A stretch of DNA of 64,000 nucleotides from Lingula anatina. Lineage: Eukaryota > Animalia > Brachiopoda. How positions within the stretch are numbered: the first letter of the stretch is position 1; the number at the start of each line of letters is the position of its first letter. A program made the translations under genes and the position numbers. The notes beneath the pieces were generated by a model that was not told the DNA's origin, searched no databases, and was given only the letters and a program-made list of their open reading frames with translations. Positions 39,101 to 52,710 of the stretch are shown here, one piece after another. Location: the NCBI GenBank assembly GCA_051362555.1, contig CM120641.1, positions 13,516,001 through 13,580,000 of the forward strand, in the 5' to 3' direction.

Positions 39101-42100
39101 CCAACCACACACAAAAAAAGATCATTTTGATAATTAAATGCGTGGACAGAACGATTAAGATTCAATATTAATTTAATTAATCAATCATATGTTAATATAT
39201 TTATAATTAAGTTATTTAATTAACGATGCAAGAAGGTAAGATTTAGGCCCCAATGTCGCATCCTCAATTGACAGAGCACATCTCACGTCATAATCGCCCA
39301 TGGCGTCGTTTAAAGCACTATTAGCCCCCATTCCTATATATATATACACCGTCAGTCTATGTAGACCGATCCTATCCTGCGGGAACTCTTGTTTAGTGCA
39401 ATCAACTTAAATGAAAGACACTCCTCTTTGTATAATATACAGAAAATCTGTGATTGTACGGTTATACGATAACGTTGGAAACAAGAGGAGTAGTCTATTC
39501 GTTTCAAACCACTCCCATAATTGTGAGTGTTATTTGTCTCAGTTGTTTTATAGATACTGAAATAATAGTTATTTTCAAACGTCTGATAAGAGCACTAAAT
39601 GTGCAAATTTTTCCTTAGACGTCATTAACAAGCATATATCACTTTGTCATTGCAAAACAATCTATCTCAGCCTCTATTGCCGGTGACCTTGACTTTTTTG
39701 AAGGTGCTGGGTTGTTTGTTGAGCAGTACTCACAAGCGCTCTCTTACAGTCATTCAAAGAATCGGTGAATTGTTCTTCCTCTTCCCATGTAAGCCGCTTG
39801 CATACATTGGATAGCACAGTCAAAGGCTACCCTCTAACAGGGCCGCAGGGTGCATTCCGTGGTATTTTTTGCTGTTTAGGAAGGACATTAAAAATTTTGT
39901 GGGTAGGAATCTGCGGACCAAATACCACGGAAGGAACCTTATGAGGAAAGTTTCTCTGAGGCGATCATCTGACTTTGGTCCAGTTGGAAGCAGTTAAATC
40001 TGCACGCCTTAAGATGGCTTAAACCACGGCTAGCGCGTAGAACAAAAGACTCGGCCGTGCTGTATTCGACATACAAGCACGTCATGTACGAGTGCGTTCC
40101 ACGGTCTCTTGCACTACTGGTGTAGTAGCCAATCAGAGGCCGTGGTTTAAGCCAGATACAACACTCGTCGCCGAGCTGTACGTGAAAATTACTCGTGTAT
40201 TGTCTCGCCTGCGGCTCGCCAATACACTCGTAATATTTCACGTACAGCTCGGCGACTCGTATTGTATCTATCACCCCATTTCCATAGATTAGATCGACCT
40301 ACTTTGGTTCGCGCTGAATAGCTGTCAGCCGGGCGGACACGAAAGTTAATTGCCCCTTACGGCTTGTAGTGGGCGGGGACGGACATTTAAGGGGGATTAT
40401 CTGACGGTAGTCTGGTGAGACTCCCCGCGGTGATAGATCGATCTAAAGGTGTGGGAATAGACCCTATCACATTGTGCCCGCTCTACAGGAGCGGAGTGGG
40501 AGCTGGCCTTCGCGCTAATGTTATTAACGCTCTTTATGCAGCCTGTCTTGTTTTGTCTTGTCCGCCTGCTGAAATAAGTCACGTTGTTTGAAGGAACGCC
40601 CTGAGGGAACAAGTTATTCTTAAAGCACTCTCCCGTCAATAGACAATTTATAGGCCGCGTCGTGCTTTATTTCGCGTAAAGTCACGTCATCCACAAATGC
40701 GTTCCACGCACCAATGCACAGGGTTAATTACTCGTGCTTTAAGGGCGCATTCCCATAGATTTTAGATCGATCTATCCCCGTGGGGAGTCTCACTAGATTA
40801 CTGTCAGATAATCCTGCTTAAATGTTCGTCCCGCCTACTACAAGCTGTAAGGGGGTAATTAACTTTCGTGCCCGCTCGGCTGACAGCTATTTAGCGTGAA
40901 CCCCCAGGGAGTTAGGTCGATCTAGTTTGGATCTATCTAATCTCTGGGAATGGGGTCTAAGCCAGATAAAGCAATCGGCGCTGAGCTTTACGCGAAATAG
41001 AGCAGATAATTGGCGAGGCTTTGAAGAGCAATTAACCTCTCTTGATGGCTGTCATGGGGACTTGGCAGGAACTTGTTAAGTGGCAGTGCCTGAGTAGTTA
41101 TGCAAACAGTTACCAGCCATGTAATCATCCTTGAGATTTCATTACACGGTCACAGTTCAGAGAATAACCGTGAATTTAACCAGAGACATATCTGAGAATA
41201 TCTAGTGAAAAATCAATCTGTGGCCCTGGTAGAGGGTAGTCAAACACTTTTGGTCGTTTAAAAGAACTGATTTCAATCATTAAAACTTACAACCATTGCT
41301 CTGACATTTATTTCTTTATTTATTTATTTATTTATTTATCATTTAAACACTTAAAATTAATATTTCTTCTCTAATTTTCGGTATTTTTATCATTTTTAAA
41401 AAGTTGTAATAAGCGGTGCGTAAACTTCCAAAAAAGCGGAAAAGACGTTACCAAAAGAACGCTGCAGAACAAGCTCTTCATGAAACAAAAGAAGTCAACT
41501 TTTATTCATCTACATGTAGCTGCAAAAGGTCTATTCACTTTGGTGGAGCAAGAAGTTACAACTTCTTGGGTGGAGGCAGGATAATTAGATAATTGGCTTT
41601 TGTGTCACGGCCGCCACTGTATGTAAGCTCCATTACAGTAAATGATATATGGTAGAGCGTAAGATAACAATCGGTCACTCTTATGTATTAGATATCATTC
41701 CAGCATAATGCCGACGACCAGTGCCTGCATGAATCTCAAAGAGTAATAACGAACCCTTATTATATTTTTCAAGACTATCCGGTTAGATGCGCCGTTTGTA
41801 TAATTAACACAGTAATTCCGATGAAAATGGAAACGTTATGTGGTTGTAATTACCATGGATTGAAAACATCTACTATTTATATTATATTATATTATATTAT
41901 ATTATATTATATTATATTATATTCACAGCGTTTTTCCATTACAACTTTTTAACCGTGTTCCACAGCTGTCTAAAATAATTTAGACCAAATTTTGGGCTTA
42001 AGTGCTTTGTCATTGTGAAATGTGCTGTCGCTCTTAAATTTGTACCAAATCACTGTACTGACACTGCATAATGTTTACTCTAACGTCACAGATGCATTTC

Positions 42101-42356
42101 AATCGAGGAAAGCCTACAGACAGTGTTACACTACTGGTATTGTACTTTTCATGAATATTCTCTTACATCATACAACTACATCAATAAAAAACAAACACAA
42201 ACAGAATAATTATTTAATCATACCTGAACTTTTTGCTTCCTCGATTTCTCGCTGAATTTCCGGCTTTTGAATTATATCTGCAGGTTTATCTGGAAAATTG
42301 TCGTCTTCAGAAGATTTTTCATATGCTGGGTTGTCAAATGCCTTTGGGGTGGTCAT
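36162..42356 (-). CDS. SLC16 / monocarboxylate transporter-like MFS protein, copy A, 453 aa
   Basis: Exons 42224-42356, 38742-38921, 37720-37863, 36696-37427, 36162-36334, all phase-1 introns, open to TGA. SLC16-like segments: TAWAGS, SYGFMTGIGLGLVYAPA, GLAIGIVVSG, YGWQ..LR, LGRIFFG, GGPTAGWLFDATQSY..SFY. Confidence 0.9.
40272..40958. mobile_element. Harbinger-like element with ~190-bp inverted arms; a single related arm lies at ~55535-55720
   Basis: 40272-40465 is the diverged reverse complement of 40745-40958; right end GGGAATGGGGTC followed by TAA; left end damaged. Confidence 0.6.
41876..41922. repeat. (ATATT)n microsatellite
   Basis: Direct reading. Confidence 0.92.
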
Positions 42357-44437
42357 CTTAGTGATGAAAGTCAGTCCCTTTATATTGTGAAAATGCACGG
42401 TCAACTTCAGATGTTTAGCTGCTTCTCCTACTGTGTAAAGCTAGCTCTACCGTGGATCCTAGTTGTGTGAACACTGGACAGTGCGTAAGTTCCTGTTTCT
42501 ATCATATCATGCCCATTAGTTGACTGTGTGTGTCAGTATAATTTAGTGATTACATCATCTGGCACAGTGAAAAGGGACAGCTGTCCTGACGTCACGTGTT
42601 CTTTGGCTCTTTATAAAAGCACTTTATAAAGACAATACAAATTATCTCTGCCGCGGTAAAATGTCAGAACTTTAAATTAAATCGGCGTGAAATTAACATG
42701 AACAGCAACGTTGTGACCAAGTGAGTGAATGTTGAATGGTTAACGTCTCGTGCATATGGGATGGACCATTGAAGACTATTCTTAGCCGTTAGAAAATAAA
42801 TCAGGTGACCAGTCCATCCATTTCATTTACCTAGTGAAAGGTCGGTTGAGGCCGCTAGGCCGGTCAGTTGCTAAATGTTCGTTCCAGCATAATAGTTATT
42901 CATATTTATCGTTGCTGTTAAGTGTTTTGTGGGTCCCTCCTCCCCAGGACTAGGCCTTATAAGTAAACAAGACACAACATAATAATAATAATAACAACAA
43001 CAACAAGGCTACAATCAAGTGCCGTCATTTTGGTTTAAATGTTTTTGTTATGGAGTTATAAGCCCCTAATTACAGAATGTCATGAAACAAAGGCATTATT
43101 TTGCTTTTATATCAACGATAATTTCTGAACTAAGACTTTTAAGATAAATCGCTGACAGGGTTTTGGAGTAATAAATGGCGTCATTAAATCAGGATCGAGG
43201 TCAAGACAAAGTACCATCGTCTGCTGGTGACTTTAATACATTTTGTGTTGTCGAAATTCCTCGCTTTTCTAAATACGTGTATATGCACCACGTGTTAGAG
43301 AGGTGTATGCAAAACACAAGCGGATGTAACAATTTTGACACCTTGCCGACGAGTAGTGTGTCCGACTTACGATATGGAATAGTAAACGTTTAGTGTCATT
43401 GATCTGACTTATGCTCAGCAGTATGGTGGATGTCATGTAAGAAATACCCTTCAAGGTGTATCACGGATTCATGCGTGGCGCGCGGGTATGCGACGCATCT
43501 GGTCATTTCAATTTTGGTCAGTGAGCATGTGCGGTGGTATGAACTCAAAAACCATGGGTAAGTGGGTAGTTATATGACCTAAATGAAATGAAAGTAAAAT
43601 GCATATTCCCCTGACCTCAACTTGCTTATGTAAGACGTTTTTATGATAAAAAAGGTTAAATTCATTCTCCGTAATGACTAGTTTGAATAAGTATTTTTGA
43701 AACTCAACGGCTTCTTAATAGTGGTGCTACAGTATCAAGCAATGACAGTTAAATCACAGACTCACTGTGACATTCACAATTTGTATGTAATAATAAAACC
43801 AATTTCGAATTATGCTCGTTGATAGCCTGTCCTGGTGAATATTTCTGAATGCATGTGCGACTTGCGGGTTATCACGCTTCAACAGTCGATTTCTATAAGA
43901 AGGAAAACATTATTGGCGAAAAACGCTTAAACACCCTAGCACTAATGTGTTAATTTGATTCTTCGAACTCAGCCTTTTGTTTGTGGACAGGTGCATAATC
44001 AAAAGGGAGAGAAGCAACACACAAGTATTAAACCCAGAGCTTAAATTACTTTCATGGTATTCATAATCAGAGGTGTGAACGCAATCAATATTTGTTACTT
44101 CTTATGATTCTTCGACGGCGATAAAGTCGTAAACCAAAACATTATAAGCTACCAGTCAGGTTTAGGCAGGACGCAGACCCTCCAGCTCTTCATACTATGT
44201 ATCAGCTGCTCAAATAAATTTTGTTTAAGCAGATAAACAGTAGCGTTGTTATACATGTACCTGTAGTAGATAAAGTAAAAAAAAAGAAAATTATGTTTGT
44301 GGTGAAATGAATATATATGCACAACAATATCCACGTATTTTTTCTACTTGTTTCCTCTTAAATTATATTTTCTTAAATCTTAAATTTTGTCCAATTACAC
44401 TCTATTGCATATCAGAACACATTTAGTATGTTTTATG

Positions 44438-45110
44438 CACGCTCGGCTGTCACCTTGATTAGATAGTAAACGGTTGTCGTAAAATCGCTAAATGATATTA
44501 AAACCGGGTGCATAAACTTGAAAACCACCTAGGACAACCTTAGACTGCCACATTAATCCAATACAATGCAAAAATAAACTATAACAAGTGGTTAAAGCCT
44601 TCAAAACGAATGTCGTAAAGTCCCCATATACCTCCATAGAGGCAATAAAATAGAATGAGTTTCTGAAACAAAACTCAGCCAACTTAAACATAATAATCGA
44701 AATAAAATACTGCCGGGCATCGGAGCGGCCTAAAACTTGGCACGCTTACCGCTAATACTGCAGGCTACATCATCCCGTCGCTCGTTTGTAAATTCCGTGC
44801 ATCAATCAAACCGTAAATCAAAATTCCACCTCTGATGTTATCGGTCCTCTCTACAATCCAATTCAGGAAATGACGTAACCGCAGAGGTCGCATTGTCCAA
44901 TGGCATAGCTTCTTTTTCGTAATAGTAGGTTAAAGAGGACCGATATAAACATCAGAGGTGGAATTTTGATTTACGGTTTGATTGATGCACTTTGATTTAC
45001 GGTTTGATTGATGTCCTAGGTGGTTTTTAAGTTTATGTACCCGATTTTAATATCATTTAGCGATTTTACGACTACCGTTTACTATCCAATCAAGGTGACA
45101 GCCGAGCGTG
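44438..45110. mobile_element. Non-autonomous DNA transposon, ~95-bp TIRs, 8-bp TSD (hAT- or P-like)
   Basis: TIR CACGCTCGGCTGTCACCTTGATT / AATCAAGGTGACAGCCGAGCGTG; GTTTTATG at 44430-44437 and 45111-45118; single GTTTTATG at the paralogous site 56967-56974; second internal inverted repeat at ~44797-44990. Confidence 0.88.
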
Positions 45111-46077
45111 GTTTTATGTGCCAACTTCGTATGCCTTCAAAGACAAAGTTTCACTCTTGTCGTTTAATCGTTAAAATAACACGCGTAAACTAACCTGAAA
45201 ACAAGTAACACACGTTGAACTAATCTGAAAACAAGCAATACTCTTTGATCTTACCTAATAAGGTAAATCTCATAAACAATGTAGCAACACAAACAAAACA
45301 ACAACAAAAAAGTCAAATTTACCACCTCCTGGCGAACTTTGCCGCCCACCAATCATCTTGCCAGCTCTGAAATGCGCGCAACCCGAAGTCGGTGCGAAAA
45401 TTGTGCTCAAGGGTATTGCAGAATTTGAGAATCCCATGATTGAGCTTGGGCTTATAATTTTTTCTTTTCCCCATATTGGTACAGAGTTACTACCTTCTAA
45501 TATCAGGGGTATCTAAAATAGTGTACAAAATTAAAGTTCCGGTATTGGCCAGTGTCAAGAAAGAGGGATATGAAAGGCTATTTTGTCAGAGGAAAATACC
45601 TTTTACCCCTGGAAAATTTGTTAAGTATGAGATTTTTAAGGAAAAATCTCACACTGTGCATTTTTTATTTACCTCACCTCACGCATTTTCGCACGTTTCC
45701 TAGTCTGGTGTGACGTCACATAGTGCCGACAGCCTCATTTTAGGCTATCCCGGATGACCCTCATTTTAATTTTTAAATTGGCGTAGATCATTTACTGATG
45801 CCTATTAAGGACTCTTATATCAGTATGATAATAAATAAAAGAGAAGCGTACTTTGCATCCACAGGAGTGTTTGGTATATGCACCCTTCCTTCAATAGTCA
45901 GCAACATGTAGCTACTATGACTGAGGTGTCCATTATTTTTTTTCAGTCGAAATGACAGAGATTGACGATCTAGACGACATAAAGAAGCACCATATACTGT
46001 ATAACCACACTATGGCGGGCAGTCAATAGCTTGTCACGGTGCCACTGGACTCACGCGATGAATCACGACTTACATTA

Positions 46078-46560
46078 ACCAAAGAATTTGTCAGTATTGT
46101 TCAAATGATAATGTTGTGGAAGATGAGTATCATTTTATTTTGATATGTAAATTGTACTCTGACTTCAGAAGAGTTTATATCAAACAGTATTACTGGCGAA
46201 GGCCATCTACTTTCAAACTAGTACAGTTATTAAGTACACATAATGTTACTGACCTAAGAAATTTAGCTAGATTCCTGTGTGCTGCCTCTAAGCTTAGAGA
46301 GGACACTATAAGTTTTTGAGTTGATCCAACAATATTTGTTTATTGGTATACTATATAATTACCATATAATACTAGCCTCATAAAGAAAAGTCACACTGCA
46401 ATTTTTTTTTTTTTAAGATATATAAGTCTGTCCATCCACCACTTTTTTAGGTACTTCAATATGTCAACAGTGGTTGCCACCTCCACCTACCACAAATGTT
46501 ATACTTTTTATGGTTATATGCCTATGTCAAGTTGATTCGGCAATAAACTATACTATACTA
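46078..46560 (+). mobile_element. 3' fragment of a non-LTR retrotransposon (C-terminal Cys/His motif, RTE-X/Proto2-like)
   Basis: RICQYCSNDNVVEDEYHFILICKLYSDFRRVYIKQYYWRRPS; absent from the paralogous position (~57880) in unit B. Confidence 0.75.
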
Positions 46561-47640
46561 TACCATTACAATCATCACCTTGATCGTGCAATCGCATCTT
46601 CAGCTCTGCATTATCCAAATGCCTTGTCCTCCGAAAGTACCAAGCATTATAATAAATTATAGGAACCATCACCATCAAAATGACAACAGCAACTCCACGG
46701 ATGGTAAGATAAGATAAGATAAGATAAGATAAGATAAGAGTTTATTTAGCCAATTATAAAAATCGGAAATCATTTTCCTTTTGGAGCAATATACAGAGTA
46801 AAATAATAAAATAATACAATAAATAAATTAATTAAGAATTTAGTTTTGAGATCAAATTGAACGTAGACCAGCGCCTAGCACATCTAAATGGAAGAAACTA
46901 TACAAATGCGGAATGGACTGCTGTAGGTGTTACTACACGCGAGCAATCGTCACAACTCAACACATTCGAGAGTCGTCCCTAGGAAGAAACGCGACACCAC
47001 TGGCACTAAATAAATAAATAAATAAATCTTTGCACCGTTCCCATTCAGAGAGAATGCCACACGCCCAACATCGTGAAGTGGAACAGAGTGAAACTAGCAC
47101 GGGTATTTCTGTTTGAATTGTACTTTCACTCATTATAACATTAGTCCAGTCCTTTAAAATCTTTTACATCTCTCACTATCCTACAAAAGTACCCCTGCAA
47201 ACTTAAACCAGGGAATTATATCCGATATAATTTTCTAACTATAACTATAAAATAACTATAACTATTGAAATAGTATTAATTCTTTCATTATTATAATTTT
47301 TAACGCGTAAATAGATGCTTTTATTTAGCACTGACGATTTTGAACTTTGCGTTTCCATATATTCTCATTCCTTAGTAGACTGACATGCAGCACTGGATTA
47401 TTAGTCTTCCCAGAAATTGTGATACTTCCGTTTTGTTTTATTCAATGTCAGCCAATTCCTTGTCTACCCATTTTTTACATATTCTTGATGTCTTTTGCTC
47501 ATCTAAACACATACAAATGTTGATTCATTTTAGGTGTTTCAAGTTTGCTATGCCAAATGTAAAGCAAGCTCAGCCTTTGAAACATTTTTTTCACGCCCAT
47601 CTTTGACACTTGTCTTTCTTGTGTTTTGATTCAATTTTAT

Positions 47641-50600
47641 TTAGTTTATTTCATCTCTGTGGCTCTCGTCTTGTTTTTCTGCGTCCGTATTAGTATTTGT
47701 GCGACAAGCTCGAAGAATCCAAAGAACTACTGAAAAGACAGCCCCCAGAAGGGTAATGGACCCACCAAAGAAGAATGATGGACCATAGCTTTGGGTTGCG
47801 TCAAAAAGCCACCCTGGAAGAAATAAAGTTAAGAATTAAATGTGATTGCATGGTCCAAGGAAACACACGGGTTTCTTCTGCTGCCTGTACTTATAATAGA
47901 TTTTATCAAACGTTCATCAGAGAATGGTTGGAGAATCTTAAATATGGTCATGATGCTCTCAATAATGAATTGATCAGAAAAGTTTATAGCTTTGTGTATT
48001 TTAACTAAATGTTAGATTACGTAGCTCTGCCAGTCTTTAATAATCTGATTTCATCTGAGACCAAATAAAATTTGGGTTAATTATTCATGTATTATATATT
48101 CACACAAAAGCCTACATTACCTGCTGTTGGTCCCCCCAAGAGAACTCCAAACATTCCAAAAAACATGGCAATTCCTTTTCCAGACACCATCTTGTCAGTG
48201 CCAACAAACTCTAATACCAAGAGAGGCACGTACGTCGGAAAAGATGCACTGAAAAACCCATAAGTCCCAACAAAAGATGCCAACATCGCATAAGAATTAG
48301 ACGTTATATACAGCATTATAGGAATCCCTGTACACGTAGCTGCTATTGCATTAGCCACCAAAATGTTACACTTCTTCACGTCTGCAATGGCGCCGAAAAA
48401 GATGCGTCCCAAAAGAGACGTTGCTCCCATAATTGTGGCTAACATCGACCCCTGTTGAACAGAAAACCCCAACGTTTCTCCAAAAGCTGGGACATGAACA
48501 GACACAACCGACAGTCCAAATAAGTATGCCATCATGGCAAGACATAGGAGGAGGAGGTTGGGATTTCGAATAATTTTAATGTCCAGACCGCGTTTGGTAG
48601 TGTTGGATGTTTTTCTTTCGGCCGGTATCATGCACACACCACAGATGCAGATAACAAAAGTCATGGCTGCTAGAACACGTAAGCATATTTGCCAACCGTA
48701 ATTATCTAACAGACTTCTCATGATGAAGGGATAGGACAGCCAGCCGCTACTCATACCCGAGACCACAATTCCTACTGCTAGTCCCCTTCTTGTAGTGAAT
48801 ACTTTGCCCATCAGCATAACAGCTGGGGCATAAACCAGTCCCAGACCAATACCTGCAAGATCCAACTGTGACTTATTAGTATTATTTAACCCAGGATAAG
48901 TACATCTTTGAGTGAACATTTAGGCCTTACTCATGCGCAAGAACAATAGAATTTGCATTTTCGATTTGCTTTTTAACATCTCGTGATAAATAATGTAAAC
49001 CGCCTGCTTCTTTATACATATTCCTTTTTTTTTTTTCATCAGAAGTAAGTTAACACAGGGCAGTGAAGCAATAAATGTAGCTGAGTTGCTTTAATATAGT
49101 TTGTTTAAACGAACCTGTCATGAACCCGTAGCTACTAATAAGGAAATATATATCGGTAGCAAATGAGCTGATGATGAGCCCCAGTGTAGCAAGCAGTCCA
49201 CCTGAAATGACCGCCACATAGCAATTGAAGCGATTGGCCAATGCTGCAGCAGCAGGTCCTGTAATTAGAAATGTTTTAGAAAAAATTATAAATTTAACAA
49301 AACAGTTTTTTCTAACTAGGTGTACTTTTATTAATTCCGAAATTCACAAAATCGCCAGTATTGCAATTGGTTGAGTATTACAGAAAACCAAACTTTTTAG
49401 AAAAAAACAGGCTCTAACTTTGAATGTGGGAATGGATTCATTAACCATTGGTAGCCTAAGTATGGGAGACCGGAAGTTGCCGCAAGGGATCACTGGGAAG
49501 ACCGGTTGTTGAGAAACCATTAGTCTTATCTTATGAAACCCGCCAGCGGGGTTGGAGGGTTATTAATTTTGGTGAGATATTCCCCTGGAGGCGGGCGTCT
49601 CCGAAGGCTTATTGGTCCGAAAAATGGTACCGTAACATTTTCATCGTTTTTTTAATCAAGGGTTCATAGGTTCGAAGGTTCTATAGGGCCTATTTGTTTG
49701 CAAGATTCCCCCCAACACTTGGATCGTTATATTTTAAAAGTAAAATTTAGAGTTTTGATTTTGTAAAAAAAAAAAGGTCGGTTATACACGTACAAATATT
49801 CATTTTATTTAATTATTTAAAAAACGAAAAGCATTCTCTTTTATCGAGTTACATGTATTGTGTAACCAAGCCGAACAAGGATTGCCAAAAACAAATAATG
49901 ATTTACAGTTATCGGGATATGCTGCAGTGAATGGCCGACTTCGGTGTGGCAGGAATGTTAGTGGTTAGGTAGGAAAACCCATTGTGACGGGGATGTTAGT
50001 TCGTTGGGAACCATGGAACGTTCCTCATTCACACATTACATTCGTCCCATATATTAACCCCAATACTCTGACTAACCCTTACCTCCATTTATCACATGGG
50101 ACCCCGGATTACCATTCCTGCCACACGGGGTCCCATATGATGAACAATCTGGCTAGTGTTAGCCGGAAGTACCAGGATCAGTATATGGGATATATGTAAT
50201 GGAAATGGTCGACGGTGCCTAGCAGACTACCATTATGTTTCGAAGACACCACTTCAGACCTCATGCATGCACGTACCTGTAGGTATAGATGTACGCACAA
50301 AGTCTGGGCTCATCTAAACACTTACCTGCTCCGAACACCATCGCCAACTGAACAGACCCAGCCCAAGCGGTGACTCCTCTGTCAGCTCCGAAATGTTCCA
50401 AAAATGTCACGTATAGGACGCCACTATTGAAGAAGATGCCTCCTATTAGGATGAATGCCAATGTGGAGCCTGTTAGTGCTAATAACTTGAAGATGCATTT
50501 TGGCTCTGGAAAAATTACGTTTAGCTCTCCTTATATTGTTTTGAATAGTTTTCTGGGGCCCCACAACTAACACATTCGCCCCAAGAGTTGTTCGTTTTTA

Positions 50601-52710
50601 TTGACCAACCACCAAAAAAAAAAAGATCATTTTGATAATTAAATGCGTGGACAGAACGATTAAGATTCAATATTAATTTAATTAATCAATAATATGTTAA
50701 TATATTTATAATAAAGTTATTTAATTAACGATGCGAGACTGTAAGATTGAGGCCCCAATGTCGCATCCTCAATTTAAGGAGCACATCTCAGGTCATAATC
50801 GACCATGGCGTCGATTAAAGCACTTATACACCATCTGTAGACCGATTCGATCCTGCGGGAACTCTCGTTGGAGACACGCCTTGCATAAGGTAATATAAAC
50901 ACTTAAACACTTTTCAATTTGGTAGGTAGGAAGACCATACAGTAGACTGTTTCCGTAGTCAAGATGGGCAGTTTTGAAGGCATGGACAAGCCTCTCCATT
51001 TAACCTTTGTCAAGGATATGGAATAATTTGGAGATTTTTTTAAGACAATAGAAAGCAGCTCTGCAGCAAAATTACTTCTAGGTTCTTAACATTGTCTTTT
51101 ACCGTGACCATGCTGATGCCGATTTCTAATAATTCTCATTTTCCGCATCTCTAGAAAAACGAGAGATAAAGTGAACTACTTCTGTTTTGCCATTATTGAA
51201 AACAAGTGAATTGACTCAACTGAGTTATACATTTCTGGATACATGGTATCACATCTGATGGCCTGTCGCAAACAATAAAAAATTACGAGTCATCTGCATA
51301 GAGCGGTTGAAACCGTACTTAGAGACAATGTATTCAACTGGTGACGTGTAAAGAGTGAACAGGATGGGGCCGATACGAGTACAGAGTGGTACGCCACAAG
51401 CTAGTGGTGTTGACGGTGATTTGTATGTGCCTATCGAGACTGATTGTTCACGCTCAGTCAGGTATGATTTGAACCATGCCAATGCAATGCCATCTATACC
51501 AAAACGATTTTTCAGTCTTTTGAATAAAATCTCGCGGTTTATTATGTCAAAGACTGCAGACAAATCAACTAGTAATAAGACCACTTGTTTCTGATCGTTT
51601 AGACCAAATTTTAGGCTTAAGTGCTTTGTCATTGTGAAATGTGCTGTGGCTCTAAAATGTGTACCAAATCACTGTACTGACAGTGCATATATAATATTTA
51701 CTCTCACGTCATAGATTTATTTCAATCGAAAAGAAAAGCTTACAGACAGCTTTACACTACCGGTATATATGTGTCAGTGCACAGTAAAAGCTAGCTTGTT
51801 AAATATAAAAATATACCTTGTGATGGAGTCGCTTTTATTAGCTCTGACGAACAGCGGCAGTGTACGATTTCCGTCAATCAAAAAGAACTGCTCCGCAGTG
51901 AATTTGCAGTTGAATGTCATTAAACCAAAATGAAACGTAAAACAGATTTAATTCTGCTTTATTTAATTTCATTTACTGTATTTAAGATGTAAAGAGAAAA
52001 ATAAATAACATTCTTCTAAAAGAAATAGATACATCCAATGTTTTTGTATTTTTTGCTTATCAAAGAACATTTGCTCCTGAAGATATAAACACGATACACG
52101 TGCTTGCCCTGTGCCAAGTTTGTCAGCTACACTGTTTGCTCGATATCACTATAAACTATAAACTATAAACTTCAAATTCCGTATCAGCCACTTTGCTTCT
52201 TGTCTCGTCTGCACGAGATAACGTCAGCGCAAGGCGGGAAAGTCAGCTCCAGGCGGCCAAACCTATGACGTACGAGACTTATGACTTCCAAAGATGGAGC
52301 TCTCAGGCGGATACAGCTGTGACGTTCAAGACTTGTGACTTCCAAATATGGAAGCGCCCCAGGCAAAATTTTGAAGAAGAACGCCCACAGTTTGCCGCTG
52401 GTGGCTAGAGTTTCGTATTGCTGATACGGGTTATATATGAAATCAAGATCGAGCTGGCAATACGGAAATCTAGAACCTTGGGTTTACCGGTATTGCACTT
52501 TCCATGAATATTGTCTTACATCATACAGCTACGCCAATAAAAACCAAACACAAACAAAAAAATTGATTTAATCATACCTGAACTTTTTGCTTCCTCGATT
52601 TCTCGCTGAATTTCCGGCTCTTGAATGATATCTGCAGGTTTATCTGGAAAATTGTCGTCTTCAGAAGATTTTTCATATGCTGTGTTGTCAAATGCCTTTG
52701 GGGTGGTCAT
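47641..52710 (-). CDS. SLC16 / monocarboxylate transporter-like MFS protein, copy B, 453 aa
   Basis: Exons 52578-52710, 50326-50505, 49115-49258, 48121-48852, 47641-47813; same exon lengths as copy A, open to TAA. Confidence 0.9.
50700..51600 (-). mobile_element. Degenerate L2/CR1-group LINE reverse transcriptase fragment in intron 1 of MCT copy B
   Basis: VLLLVDLSAVFDII...LAWFKSYL..R.Q.V...CGVP...GPILFTLYT.P and ERLVHAF....LDYGNSLLYGLP with frameshifts; only its 3' end survives in copy A (~39160-39400). Confidence 0.82.
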
